A stretch of DNA of 64,000 nt from Diplonema japonicum (GCA_964019335.1 OZ025737.1:62001-126000); one strand, 5' to 3'. Positions 21,613-33,757 are shown, counted from the stretch's first letter. Notes: a model not told the origin generated them from the sequence alone. Made by a program: numbers and translations.

Positions 21613-21897
21613 CTACCACGCTGATGGCAGAGGGGTAGCGTTCCCAGCGGCGCGAGTGGAGCGCGTCAACTCCCTACGCTGTATCGGAGGACCGACCACA
21701 CACGGGTATGACAGGAGGCCAGTACTCCCGGAACGAACCATGAGTAGCATCGAAGGCTTGCGGGACAGGTACCTGTCGCAGACACCGACAAGGCTGCCCC
21801 GCAGCATGACCACCGCAGTAGGAACCCGCCAGAGCCCCCAGAACGGGGACAACGGGGACTAAGCGCAGCGCGGCCGGTGAGCGCAACAACGCATACC
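21613..21897 (-). mobile_element. Possible short retroposon remnant (GC-rich, poly(A)-tailed on the minus strand)
   Basis: About 285 nt homopolymer-free GC-rich island ending ...CCATCAGCGTGGTAG-A13 on the minus strand; no target-site duplication found. Confidence 0.35.
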
Positions 21898-22140
21898 TTA
21901 AAAGAATAGTTTTTCTTCTGTTTTCTTGTCCGTTAACATAAAAAGGGATTAAGCAACCCCTCTCGAGATCAATTTTTTTTTCTTTTTTTTTCCCTCCGAC
22001 CCTTTCACTATTCTTCTTTTTTCTTTAATTTTTCTGTGGCTGCAATATTTTTTGGTGCTAATGATGCACAAGCCGGAAGCTTACCTCCTTATGTAGGCAA
22101 AAAAAAGGGGAGAGAAACCCCCCCCCCCCCCCCCCCCCAG

Positions 22141-22366
22141 ACTCTTTCTCGAGCTTGGAAATGTTCCCCTACCATATCTCTAGCCAAAATGTGATTGAAA
22201 GAGAGTAAAATAAAATGCTTAACGAAAAAAAAAATTTTTTTTTATCTATCACTCTCTTGGAAGGAAAAAAAAAAAAAAAAAATTCTCTCGAGGCCTTCGG
22301 CCTCTCGTGAATTATTTTTTTTTTGCAATTTATCGAGTCAATGTGATGGGTTTTAGAAACATGGTT
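22141..22366 (+). mobile_element. Decayed hairpin element, possible third member of the Crypton-like family in the opposite orientation
   Basis: Short inverted repeat actctttc/gaaagagagt followed by aaaataaaa, then a decayed hairpin with apex aattctctcgaggccttcggcctctcgtgaatt. Confidence 0.4.
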
Positions 22367-24156
22367 TCAAATCCCCCCCCCCCCCCCCCCCCTTCTGTAG
22401 ACGTAGTGGCCTTGTGTCTCATCACTGCACGGATTGGCTTTACCTTTTTTGAGGTGCGGGCAAAAACTTCCCCCCTCTTATACAGGTGTGGTGTATGACA
22501 CCTAGATTTTCAAGAATTTAAGACCCACGGGTTTGCGCTCAGGGAACTTGGGGAAAGTGGAGGAAAAAAAAAAAAAAAAAAAAAAAAAAACACGCACAAA
22601 CTCCTGGCTGCGCTTTGTAATCTTCTTGAGGAATTGCCTATATTCCAAAGAAGGGAAACAAAAGGAAAAGAAGAAGAAATTTTTTTTTTCATCTTGTGGT
22701 AGTCATCTTACGCACATTTTATCGATTACCCATATTTTGATGACAGACCTGCTGCCACCCTAGAATAGCATTGCCAGTTAAAGGCGAAAGGCGCCTAGGG
22801 GCAGGACCAACAATTACACATTTTTTTTTCTTCTTCTTAAACTCTCACTCCAGAAAGGCAAAAAAAAAAAAAAAAAAAAAAAAAAAAGAAAGAAAAAAAA
22901 AAAAAGAGAACGAGAAATCTATTTGAAAAAAAAAAAAAAAAAAAAAAAAGAAAACAAAAAGTCCATTTTGTTATCTGACACGCAGACAACAATACCCTCT
23001 ATACGGGCTTTAAAAAAAAAAAATCTTTTTTCTCGCTTAACAGGAGGTGAGAACATGATCTCATAATAAAGGGGAAAGAAAGAAAAGATAGGGGCGGCTG
23101 GTTGCCTTTGAGGCCCTCTTGTGGCATCAAATTAAGGCAGGATGTCCCCCTGTGTAGGGGTGTACTGTATATCTACCCGCCCGATTCCTTCTTTTCTCAC
23201 CCCCCACACCCCCTATTTTACTTTTTTTTTTTATATTTTATTTTTGCGTTTTGTTGCGTAATGTAAAAGAATAAAGACAAAAAAAAAAAGAAGCGATTTT
23301 TTTCTTCTTCTTCTTCTTTCTTTTTTTTATTGTTGAAGAATTGAATGCATTCCTATTAAGACCAGTTAGAACAGGTGGGAGAACACAACACAAAAAAAAA
23401 AAAATAAGTGATCAATGGGAGGGGGGGAAACATAAACCTCTTCATGAGGTTAAAGGGGAGGGAGGGGGGAGGGATATGGCGACTCATGTTCGCCTACTAC
23501 ATCTAAAAATTTCGTTATGTTTTTTTTTTTTTTTTTTTTTTTATTTTCTTTTTTTTTTCCCCTGAACCTTTATCGATTTTTTCGTCTTTTTTTTTCCTGA
23601 AACGTTTTGCATGATGAACCCCTCCCCCCTCCCCCTCTTTATTTTTTTTTTCGGTTTGAAGCTATCGATTTATGACAAATCCACCAGGCTTTGTGGCGTT
23701 GCAGTTTGTCGGGCCAAATGCGGGTCTGTACCACACTTTTTTTTTTTTTTTTTTCTTCACCTTTTGGTGATATTTTTTTTTTTTTTTTGTGCTGGAAAAA
23801 AAAAAAAAAAAAAAAAATGGGGGAGAACCAAAATCTTTGTGTTTTTTTTCGTCCAGAGCACACTGAAATTTTATCGAGTTTTCTTTTTTTGAGGGGCCAA
23901 TGAATGGTGCCTCTCGTTCTGAATGGAAAAGGCGTCAGGTGTGGCTAAGCTGAGGGTCACCTTCAACTGGTATATACCCCGTGTTCCACAAACCATACAG
24001 TACGCCTTACGTTGCTAGCACATGAGAAATCGAGTCCCCCCATCCCCCTTTTTTTTTTTGCTCAAATTGCATTTGAATGAAAACTAAAAGACCCCCACCC
24101 CGATCCTTCTTACTATTTCTTTTGTTCGTTCCGCAACATATTCGTTTCTATTTTAA

Positions 24157-25701
24157 CCACTAAAGGACCATGAGGACATATGTGTCCTTAAGAAAAATTA
24201 TCTTTTCTATGTGACACTTTTTGTTCCGCGATTCTTTTTTATTTGAAATACCCTTTTGCGCGAAGAACGAACACAAAAACCCGTCCCCAAGGTGCTTGGT
24301 GTCCTTTTGTACTTATTATTTGAGAGCAGCTCTCAGGACCTTCGGAAGAGCTTCTTTCAGATGAGGGTGGAACCGTATACCGGCCAAGAAATGACATGGG
24401 TACAGGAGTCCAGCAACATCGAATGGTGACAAACAGCTTGCTGAGGTCCATTATCAGCTGTTCAAAGGTGTGCCACATCCAAGGGCACCACATTCGACGC
24501 GGACGTGGTACAACTGAACACCTGGATCGCCGTCAGGGTTCTGCCCGCCTTGATGGACGGACTACTGGTCTACAAAGGAAGAGATTACAACGCCTTACAT
24601 AGGCCGTGTCCTGGGTTTCTCCATATCTTCTTGTTGTGTCCACTTTGGCTCACAGGGCAACGGGACACTATCAAAAATGGAGATGCTGCATTCCCGGACT
24701 CCCCCAGCTGGAAAGCTGCATACCACCCCCGGTCAAGGGCTGAGCATTGATTCGCTCCTTCTCCCGCCTTAAGCACAGCGTTTTTCAACCAGCTAAACGC
24801 AAGCGCTATGGCTTTAAGGTGTACTCCGTCGGGGTGCGCGCTTAACATTAGAATTTACCCTGGTGGGGACCCAAAGGACACGGTACCACGTCTTCTGCGA
24901 CAGTTCGAGCATCGTGGTCACTGGGTTGCGATGGATAATCTTTATTCTAATTACCAGTTCTTCTGCTCTCTTTTGAGTACGGGTATGCATGCTATCGGAG
25001 GTTCAGCGCAACAGAAAAATACAACCCCATGGGCACGGTTCAACTCCGGAAGACGACAGTGGGCAGAAAAACGAAAAAGGAGGCCAGCAAACAAATCTCA
25101 CGCCATGACAGAGTTATGCGGCAGAGTTCGGACAGCTTCCTCTTGTGGCACGGCCGTACTAAACCCGTGTTAACCTTTTCGGCTTTTGCCTATAATTTTG
25201 CCTTTAATCTCTACGAGTGCCAAATGTTGCCCTGTGCCCTGAGTGCTTTGAGATTTTTCATACAAAAAAATGACTACCCTGACATGATAAAATACCGACA
25301 ATTCTGGAAAAAAAATCCTCAAGGGCTTCAGCGTCCGCCAGGACCCAATGTTGGAAGAAAATCGACATCTGTAGAAGAAAAGAAAAGTGAGGAAGGCTGT
25401 CCTCCGCCCAAGCGCCCTCGAGCGGGTTGAGCAAAGTCGCTCGTGATGCTCAGTACTTTGTCGTATATTTCCTCTCCCGACCCCGTATGAACTCTAAGTA
25501 AGCCCCCCTGCATGGAAAATAAACTGTTTTTTTTACCCCCTGGGTCACGTGCTTTTTAAAGGGTATAGTGTACTTTCCTATGGTTAAACTCTCGCATTTT
25601 TTTCTAAATGTCTCTTTTTTTTTTTTTTTTTTTTTTTCCCCGGGTTCATAAATAGACGGTCCTTGGTACTTTTTTCGCCAAAACCCCCGGTCCTTTAGTG
25701 G
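24157..25701 (+). mobile_element. Decayed piggyBac transposon with a pseudogenised transposase
   Basis: TTAA at 24153-24156 and 25702-25705; perfect 13-bp TIR CCACTAAAGGACC; fragments QPAKRKRYGFKVY, WVAMDNLYS and LLWHGRTKPVLTFS resemble piggyBac DDD-domain motifs; broken by stops, frameshifts and deletions. Confidence 0.9.
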
Positions 25702-26527
25702 TTAAAAAAAAGGGGGGGGGGGAAGACAAAATTGAGAGGGAGAGATGTCGTTTTTTTTTTTTTTTACCCCCTCACCTTTGTATCTGAAGGCGTTCGGGCA
25801 GAAAATGCACCCCAAAAAAGGAGGGTGAGGGTGGTATGTTTCGACACTAAAGAGGAATGGCGATTACGACAAAAAAAAAGAAAATATATACAAAGGCAGA
25901 CCTGTTGTCTCTTTGTGTGGAAGAAAGAAGAAAGAGAAAGAAAAAAAAATACCGCAAAAAAAAAAAAAAAAAAAAAAAAAAGAGAGCCCAAATCCTCAAA
26001 CTTCCCCTTCCCCAACCTTCCCCTTTTAACAGTGGAATTGGGATTGCAAAAAACAGAAAACGGGGGGGGGGGGGGGTGAAAAGATAGCCTTTTTTTAATC
26101 GCCTCTCCGTCTCCCAAAAGAGGAGGAATGGTGGCCCTGGAGTAATTTAGGTGTTTGCAAAAAAAAGGTGGGGGGAGGAAATGTTTTGGTCTTTTCGTTG
26201 TTTCTTCAAAAATAACATGCCTCGCTGAAGGAAGGAGAGTAAGAGGGGGGGGAAAAAATAGAGATGAATAAGCTGCGAACGGTTCTTTTTTTTTTTTCTT
26301 TCTTTCTTTTCTCGTTTCTTTCTGGGGGTGGAGCCGCATGACTAGCTGGTGAGCGCATTAAAAAAAAAAAAAAAAAACGCAATCCGTAACATTTCTAGTT
26401 TTTGTTTTTTTTTGTTTTTTTTTTAAACTTTTTTTTTTGGCTGAATTCTTTCAATTCATTTTGTTCTCTGTTTTGCAGAGAAAAAAAGAAGAAGGAAAAG
26501 AAAAAAAAAAAGAGGGAAAAAAAAAAA

Positions 26528-26558
<31 letters not shown>

Positions 26559-26760
26559 CAACAACAACAACAAGAGTCAGGGTGTGCATTTTAGCATTTA
26601 TCTTTGTGCACACGCGACAGATGTTTTTTTTTTTTTTTTTTTTTTTTTTTTTCCCATCCTCTTTTTGACTTTTTCTTTACGCTGGCAAATAAAACGGGGG
26701 GGGGAGAAAAAAAAGGGGGGGTAAAAGGGCAACAAAGAAGGGGGAGAAGAAAAAAAAAAC

Positions 26761-27095
26761 ATGATCCATTTCCTATTGTTGGTGAACAAGCAGGGTCAGA
26801 CAAGGCTGGCGCAATATGCCAATTATATGGACCTGCGAGAAAGGGTGACTTTGGAGGGCGAGGTTGTAAGAAAATGCCTGCAGAGGAAAGATACAGAATG
26901 TAGTTTTATCGAACATTTGCAGTACAAATTAATATACAGGAGATATGCTTCTCTCTTCTTTATTGTTGGTTTGTAAGAAGGGGGGGAAAAAAAAGGAAAA
27001 TAAAAAACAGGAGTTGATGGTGATGAGAATGAACTAGCAATCTTGGAGTTTATTCACGTGGTAGTAGAAACTCTGGATCGGTATTTTCGAAGGGG

Positions 27096-27130
<35 letters not shown>

Positions 27131-27297
27131 GCAGCTATTTCGAAAATGTGTGCGAACTCGATGTGATGTTCAACCTTGAAAAGGCACACTTCATAGTGGA
27201 GGAGATGTTTGCCAACGGTTGCATTGTGGAAACGAACAAAGTGAATTCCCTTCACACGCTGATATTCATGGACAAGCAAGCAAAGAAAGCAGGATAG
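26761..27297 (+). CDS. AP4S1: AP-4 adaptor complex sigma subunit; introns 26969-27010 and 27081-27134
   Basis: MIHFLLLVNKQGQTRL, IYRRYASLFFIVG, ENELAILEFIH, ETLDRYFENVCELDVMFN after splicing. Confidence 0.93.
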
Positions 27298-27674
27298 AGT
27301 CCTCGAAGGGGTGAAAAAAATATAAGAAGTGTGTCCTTCCCCCCCCCTTTTTTTCTGTCTTTCCATGCCTTGTTTTTTCTTTCTTTTTCGTTTGACTTTG
27401 TTGCCCCGGTCAGGTTGTTTGTGGAAAAAAAAAAAAAAAGAGAAAAAAAAAAAAAAAAAAAAACTAAGGGATCAAGTTAGCGATCCGCCCTTTTTTTTTT
27501 TTTTTTTTCTTCTTCTTTTCCTGCTCTGTGCAATCCCCCCTTTCTCCCACCTCGTTCCACAACCCTTTTTTTTCTTTTTTTTTTTCTCCCCCTCCCCCCA
27601 GTAACGCATCTGTTTGTCTTGACACACACAAGGCCTTCGGGGAAAAAAAAAAAAAAAAAAAAAAGAGACAACAC

Positions 27675-28070
27675 ATGTCGCTGACGGCTGATGGAGAATT
27701 TTTCAAGTGTGACATGTGTGGGGTCTATTTCCACATGAACATCTTCTGTAGCCACAGGAGGCAGTGCAAAGGTTTAGATAGCCAAGAGATGAAGAAGGCT
27801 CTGTTAGAGGAAGTTCAAGGCGAACTTGACAGGGAAGAACGCGCAAGGCTCAGGAAGCTCGGTGAGGTGAGCAACAACAACTTCAACGGCGACATTTGTG
27901 AAGCAGCCCACACCAAGAGTCTTATGGAGAAGGAGCTGCGGAGTGCTCCTCTAGATAAACAACAGGCTATCGCCACCAGCAAGCGGAACTCCGCCTGGCA
28001 GCGAAAAATGATGGAAGAAGACGACGAAGATGATGACATACCCGATAACATCCTTGATGGTTTCGATTAG
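27675..28070 (+). CDS. Small protein with an N-terminal C2HC-type zinc finger and coiled coil
   Basis: KCDMCGVYFHMNIFCSHRRQC; first ATG after the A-run is at 27675. Confidence 0.7.
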   Translation: MSLTADGEFFKCDMCGVYFHMNIFCSHRRQCKGLDSQEMKKALLEEVQGELDREERARLRKLGEVSNNNFNGDICEAAHTKSLMEKELRSAPLDKQQAIATSKRNSAWQRKMMEEDDEDDDIPDNILDGFD

Positions 28071-28244
28071 ATACGACAAGGAGGGGGAAAAAAAAGGGGG
28101 GGGGTGAAAACCTCCCCCTACCCAACTACCACCCACTTGCTTTTTTTATTATTATTTTAATGCTTTGTTCCTTTTTTTGGTTTGGCTTTTTTTTAAGAAA
28201 TTCTCCTGTACATATACCTGAACCTACAGTGGGGGGTCAGGGAG

Positions 28245-29798
28245 ATGCGGCTCCCCAAGCTTTCCCTCATGAGCATGATGATGTGCATCGTGGCAATGGT
28301 TGTGCTGTACACATCTGTGGTAGAGGGGCTTCTCAGGCGGAGCAGGGAAGGATCCGAGACCCTAATCCCTTCCCCTTCTCCTGTGAAGCTGGCTGGTGAC
28401 GAGAAGCACAGTGACCACGGCCCTCGTTCCTTGGTGGTGCCTGAGGAGCTTCCCGCAGGAGGTGTTCTGTGTCGCTACGCCAACGGTGTTGGTAGCGAGG
28501 ATGGGCTGGGCAACGGTGGCGACAACACGGCAGGCATCACGGACGAGGACATCACAAGGTGGGCCGGGAAACGAATTCTCCCCTTGTCCAAGGGCCCTAC
28601 TCCCGGTGGGGTGGAACCGCAGAACACAGTGTGGAAGCTTCTCGCCCCTTGGCTGCAAGTTGGTGAGACCTACCCCGACCCCATCATGCTGCAGCTCCAG
28701 CACGCCCCCTCGCAAGGCCCGTCCATAGGCGAGTACTATGCCCTGCACCACCCTGCTGCCTCTGTTGTCAGTCTGGAAGCACACCCCCGCTCTGCACCAG
28801 ATCTCGCTAACTTCATTCATGTAGCCCTCCCCAAGAACCCTGTTCTCTATGAGCCGTTGTTTGCCTCTTGCCACCTGTTTAACACGGCCTTGCTATTAGG
28901 GAGGTGGCGTGAGTTCCAAGGCGGGAAGCTAGCAGAGAAGGTTGCAAACCTCTCAAGAGTAACGTACGTGGAGGTGGGACGGGGGGAAAAGACAGGGCTG
29001 GAAGGAGTAACACACCTCGAACTGACACCTGTGATCGACACGGGAAGCAGTGTGATCCACCGTGTGGTGCTGAAGGAACTGTCACGTGGGTGCCGCAAGA
29101 CATGGGTCGCACCGGTAGTGCAGTGGGGGCGGAGCACGACGCTGCAGTACGAGAGGGGGACGGGGGTGGTGAGGTTCAAGGTGGTTTCAAAGAAGAAGAA
29201 GCTTGGAAGGGAAATCCACCCGATGGCGTTTATCCCACACATCAACTTAGAGACGTTGGCGGCACTGGGGCTCACGGAGGGACAGAGAATACAACTATTT
29301 GGACAACAACTAGGCGTGAGCAGGTACCCCGACCCCATGGTACACAACTGGATATGGGCAGGAGGGCTGAAGCGCATAGACAAGGTGGACCAAAGGTACG
29401 AAACAGATGTCAATGAGACCGCCACGTACTGGGGCACGTCGACCTTGGGGTACTTCACACTGTTGACGGACAACATTTGCCTCCACCAGCAGCCCTCAGG
29501 CTTCCCTTCTCTTCCATCGTCTTGTGTTGAGTCTTGTTCATGTTGTGTTAAAAGCTGCTCGTATGCACCAAAGTGCAACCCGCCTGCACCTGGGTGCACA
29601 TGGGGCCAGCCCATCTGCCCCGCTTGCTTGAAGTGCTCTACCTGTCTCGCCACTTCCGACCCTTCCACGCACCATGTGGCGAAACAGTGTCCTTTTGATA
29701 AGTATTCCTCGTGGAGCCAAGCGTCGCGAGTGTGGCGGAAGTGGAAGAAAAAAGCGGACGAACATAAAGTTAAAGAGAGTTGGTACAAAGCGTGTTGA
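28245..29798 (+). CDS. Type II membrane or secretory protein of unknown function with a Cys-rich C-terminal region
   Basis: 517 aa ORF; N-terminal hydrophobic anchor; about 13 Cys in the last 115 aa. Confidence 0.75.
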   Translation: MRLPKLSLMSMMMCIVAMVVLYTSVVEGLLRRSREGSETLIPSPSPVKLAGDEKHSDHGPRSLVVPEELPAGGVLCRYANGVGSEDGLGNGGDNTAGITDEDITRWAGKRILPLSKGPTPGGVEPQNTVWKLLAPWLQVGETYPDPIMLQLQHAPSQGPSIGEYYALHHPAASVVSLEAHPRSAPDLANFIHVALPKNPVLYEPLFASCHLFNTALLLGRWREFQGGKLAEKVANLSRVTYVEVGRGEKTGLEGVTHLELTPVIDTGSSVIHRVVLKELSRGCRKTWVAPVVQWGRSTTLQYERGTGVVRFKVVSKKKKLGREIHPMAFIPHINLETLAALGLTEGQRIQLFGQQLGVSRYPDPMVHNWIWAGGLKRIDKVDQRYETDVNETATYWGTSTLGYFTLLTDNICLHQQPSGFPSLPSSCVESCSCCVKSCSYAPKCNPPAPGCTWGQPICPACLKCSTCLATSDPSTHHVAKQCPFDKYSSWSQASRVWRKWKKKADEHKVKESWYKAC

Positions 29799-29939
29799 GA
29801 TAAGAGAGCTAGAGAAAAATGACCCCCTCCCCAACATAACTTCTTTTTTTTTTGTTATTGTTGTGTTTGTTCATCCTTCAACCCCCATCCTAAACAGCAG
29901 TGGGGTGTGTGTACATGTTACGAGAAACGCCCGCTGTGA

Positions 29940-32407
29940 ATGAACGTTTTAGCTGAGGAGCAAAGAAAGAGTAATAACAAAGAGAATCAGGCAAGTCGCC
30001 TTGTAACTTTCGAGGAGTGCTTGCCGAATGCGATCCAGCCAGTTCAGGAAGTAGAAGCACCGGAAACTGCCTCACCCGAGCTGAAGGAGCTGTTCCATGT
30101 TGAACAGGTAGAGGATGTTCTGGACTCGCAGTACCCCAGCACCTCGCAAAGCGAGCAGTTCAATGTGCGCACGAAGGACATCATCGCTGCTGTGAAGCAT
30201 GCAACTGCGTGGAATGAAGCCAATTCAGAAAGCAACGAGTACAAAAACACAACCAATTTCATCCGCCCGGACAGTGCTTTGAAGCGGTGGTGGGACGTTC
30301 ACACGGCGCTATATATCTTTTACTACTGGATCTCCTTCAGCCTGAGCTTCTTTTGTAACTCCTCGCACGAGGAGACGATCCTCATCCTCGACCTCATCTC
30401 CCTCACTATGCATTACGCGGACGTCTTTCTGCGTCTCAACACGGCCACAGATACTGGTGAACCGACCAAAGATCGCAAGGAGTTGCTTGCAGCGTACTCC
30501 AAACGTCACCTCGCGGCTGACGCCATCCTAGGGTGCCCCATCGACTTCATTGTCTGGTTGGTGCAAGGTGGTACCTTCGGGTGGAAGCTCACCCGTGTTA
30601 AAAATCTTGCATGCTTGTGGAAGCTGCGTACGTTCCTTCGAATCCCCGAGTCTGTCATCATTGTGCCCCGTCTTGTCCACTTCTACTTCTTCATTGTACC
30701 CATCCTGCAGAGGGTCATCTGGCTCGTCATTGTAGCACACGTCTTGATCACCATGCGAATGGTGTTGGCACCTTTTGATGACCCGCAGACCAATGGTACC
30801 TGTCCCAAGGCTCCCGACTCTTGCACCGATACTGTACAAAGCAAATATTTATACTCTGCTTTCTATGATTGGGCTGTCTTGACGACGCAGGGGCCTTCTG
30901 TTGTGTCGATTGAGTGTATGCTGTTCGCGTCGTTAATGTGTTTCATGTGCCTGCTGCTTCAGGGGCACGTCATGGCTGAGATGTCTACCTTCATGGTGGT
31001 GGGGAATGTGAAGGAGCAGAATAGTGATATGATGCGGAACTCCAAGGCCATCATGAACCATTTCGACGTCCCGCCGTCGCTGCAGCAAGAGGTGCTGTCC
31101 TTCAGCTACCACACGCTGGGGAGCAGCAGCAACGCGGCGCTGGCGCAGGCTCTCTCGACGCTGCCAAACCCGATCATCCTCGAAGTGTTTATGTACATCA
31201 AGGTCACAGTGATCGAGTCTATTCCAATGTTCCACGATCTGGGACTGGACTGCACCCTTGCTCTTGCAGGCTGTCTCGAACAACGCAGTGCGGAACCTGC
31301 AGAGGAGCTAATCACATATGGAAGCCAGGGGAGAGAAATGTACATCCTTATGTACGGCCATGCAGATGTCCTAATACCATGCGGGTCCACATGGAGGAGT
31401 GTGACCATCCTTGTGCGTGGGGAGCTGTTTGGTGAGATGGCATTGCTCAACCCGAACAGCCTTCGAACGGCTTCTGTGTGCGCAATGGGGTATTGCGATT
31501 TGTTTGTGCTAATGACTGTTGACTTTCAAGCGGTGCAGCAAAGCTTCGGGCACCTTCAAGAGCGCATGGAGATGGAAGCGAATAAAAGGGGGCTTCTTAA
31601 AGCGCCTGTTTCTGGAGTAAATCTGAAGAGGGAGATCACATGTCCCATGCCACTGCAGACCGGAGAGCAGCCTGCTGACATGGACGAGCATGTGGTAGTT
31701 AACCTCGACGCCTCCCTTGGTGTGTCAATGTGCAGCAGCTCAGGTGAATCAACACAGTCGAGTTCGGCATGTGCGCAGAAGACAACGCCGGGACACACCC
31801 AGTCTTTCTCGTCGGCGCGTGTGTCACGGCATTCCACCGTGAAAGGGGCGATGTTCACTACTGGATCTTCATATCGAACGCTAGACCAGAGGTACAAAAC
31901 GCAAATTAACCTAAGCGCTGCATGCCCTGTGGAACAATCGAATATAGAAACTAATGTGGTGAAACGGGACAACTTCACAGTACCGATTATTGCAGGTGTG
32001 CGCCCTCTGACACAGGTGATGAAAGATGTTATGGGGCGTGCTGAGGTTTGGGATTTTTTTTTTTTTTCCATGGAAAAAAAAAAAAAAAAAAAAAACAGAA
32101 CACCATGTTGCAGCGAATAGAATGCACACAAGAGCACTTATTCAGCAGCATGGTTGACGATTTGGCCGAGCTCAGCACGGCCACGCAGAAATTTTATACA
32201 AGTTCTGTTGGGAGGATAGAACGCCTCGAGCAAGCGATGGTGCTGTCTGGCAACAGAAACAGCAGAACCAGCACCAGGAAGTCCCTCTCCAACACTCACC
32301 CCTTCGTCGTACCCCACTCGCCTGAAGGGTTTGGAGAGTTCAGTCCCTTAGAGATCTCCTTCTGCCCTGACCCTGTGAGGCAGTACCCGCAGTACTTACC
32401 CCACTGA
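29940..32407 (+). CDS. Cyclic-nucleotide-binding-domain ion channel (CNG/HCN/KCNH-like); intron 32046-32098
   Basis: FIRPDS..KRWWD, VFLRLNT, six-TM core, C-linker, CNBD GELFGEMALL..RTASV.A...CDL. Splicing joins RAE to NTMLQRIE. Confidence 0.9.
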
Positions 32408-32659
32408 CGCTTTGCAACGGTCCTTATGGACTACGCTATCTTCTTTTACAAGAACATGCCTACAACTGTTTTGGTTCGTTTTTTTTTTCTTGCGTTTCGT
32501 TTTTTTCGTCGTCCCCCCCCCTTTTTTTTGCTTTTTCTTTTTTTTTTTACGTGAGTAATTTCACAACATCGATCACCATTAAAAAAAGAAAAACAGTTTC
32601 TTTCCCCCCCCCTTTTTACACACCAAAAAAAAAAAAAAAAAAAAAAAAAAAAAGCAACC

Positions 32660-33757
32660 ATGAGCGAGAACCAGAACCCATACCTGATGCCGTACCTCTC
32701 AGGGGATGTGTACTCCGGCTACCCGCCAATGCCCATGGGTATGAACATGGGTATGGGCATGGGCATGGACGGGTACATGCAGCAACAATGCCCGCCTCAC
32801 GGGAGGGGGAAGAAAAGGAGTTACTACGCAAAGGCACCAAGCATGCATGAGTGCGTAATCCTTCCTATTGAACTACAGGACAACAAGGAGCTGATGGCGG
32901 TGAGCGCGGCTGTCGCCTACGCTGCATCGTTGCTGGCAATGGTGACACCTGAGGAAGAACCGAAACCTCCTGTAACACCACCGACACCAACCATCAGCGT
33001 TGAAGAAGGATTGTCTCCTGGAAGGGTCGCGAAGATGACGGATGCTGCTCTGACGCAATTTATGAAGAATGGGGTGGTAGGTTATGAAAGCGTTGAAAGA
33101 AGCCTTCAAGGCATTGCGAGGAATATAGAATGCAGATCGGGGTTGGAATACCTATCGGAGAGGTTGGTCCAGTTCGGGACGGATTACAAGCAATTTCTGG
33201 ATGCCACTGTGCAACTGATTGGTTCACTGTCGGACACCGTACGCATTCAGGAACCAGACTGGACTCCGCCTGAAGATGAATTGTCCCTTTACCAGACGGG
33301 CGAGGGCGAGGACTGTGTTCTCAAGCTCGGCGTGGGTAACAAGAGCATCGGCGTGTTGGACATAATTGAGAAAAACTGTTTGATGAGATTGGAAACATGC
33401 GACGAATGTGAGGTAGCGAGAATCGCTACATTCATAACCAAATTGGGGTATGAGGGTGTCGCTTCTGAAAAATTGGTGAAGGCGTGCGTGGCGAAAATAA
33501 TTCTGGGTGCTCCAGATTTTGACGATTATGTTGATGAAACGTCAAGCATCACGGCTTCGCCGATTTACGTTAAGCGAGCCGCCACCATCTTGGAGACTTC
33601 TCACCCTGGGCTCCTTGGAGTCCCGTATTGCTTCTCTGCCATCACCTTCGCAGCACACATTAACGAGTTTTACTTAGATGAGGACACTGCTCCTGATTCG
33701 GTGTGTGGGCGTGCTAAATCGTCCCCTTTGCCATTGATTTCTGCAATTGAGGCATGA
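32660..33757 (+). CDS. Hypothetical protein with an M/G/P-rich N-terminus and a possible MIF4G-like helical domain
   Basis: 365 aa ORF; IATFITKLGYEGVASEKLVKACVAKII loosely resembles the MIF4G FIGELY helix. The domain call is weak. Confidence 0.6.
   Translation: MSENQNPYLMPYLSGDVYSGYPPMPMGMNMGMGMGMDGYMQQQCPPHGRGKKRSYYAKAPSMHECVILPIELQDNKELMAVSAAVAYAASLLAMVTPEEEPKPPVTPPTPTISVEEGLSPGRVAKMTDAALTQFMKNGVVGYESVERSLQGIARNIECRSGLEYLSERLVQFGTDYKQFLDATVQLIGSLSDTVRIQEPDWTPPEDELSLYQTGEGEDCVLKLGVGNKSIGVLDIIEKNCLMRLETCDECEVARIATFITKLGYEGVASEKLVKACVAKIILGAPDFDDYVDETSSITASPIYVKRAATILETSHPGLLGVPYCFSAITFAAHINEFYLDEDTAPDSVCGRAKSSPLPLISAIEA

Noticed and set aside
28847-29788. 313-aa minus-strand ORF and similar antisense ORFs over UGGT, RPL4, GST and DyP
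   Set aside because: Shadow frames of GC-rich, codon-biased plus-strand genes; no recognisable motifs.
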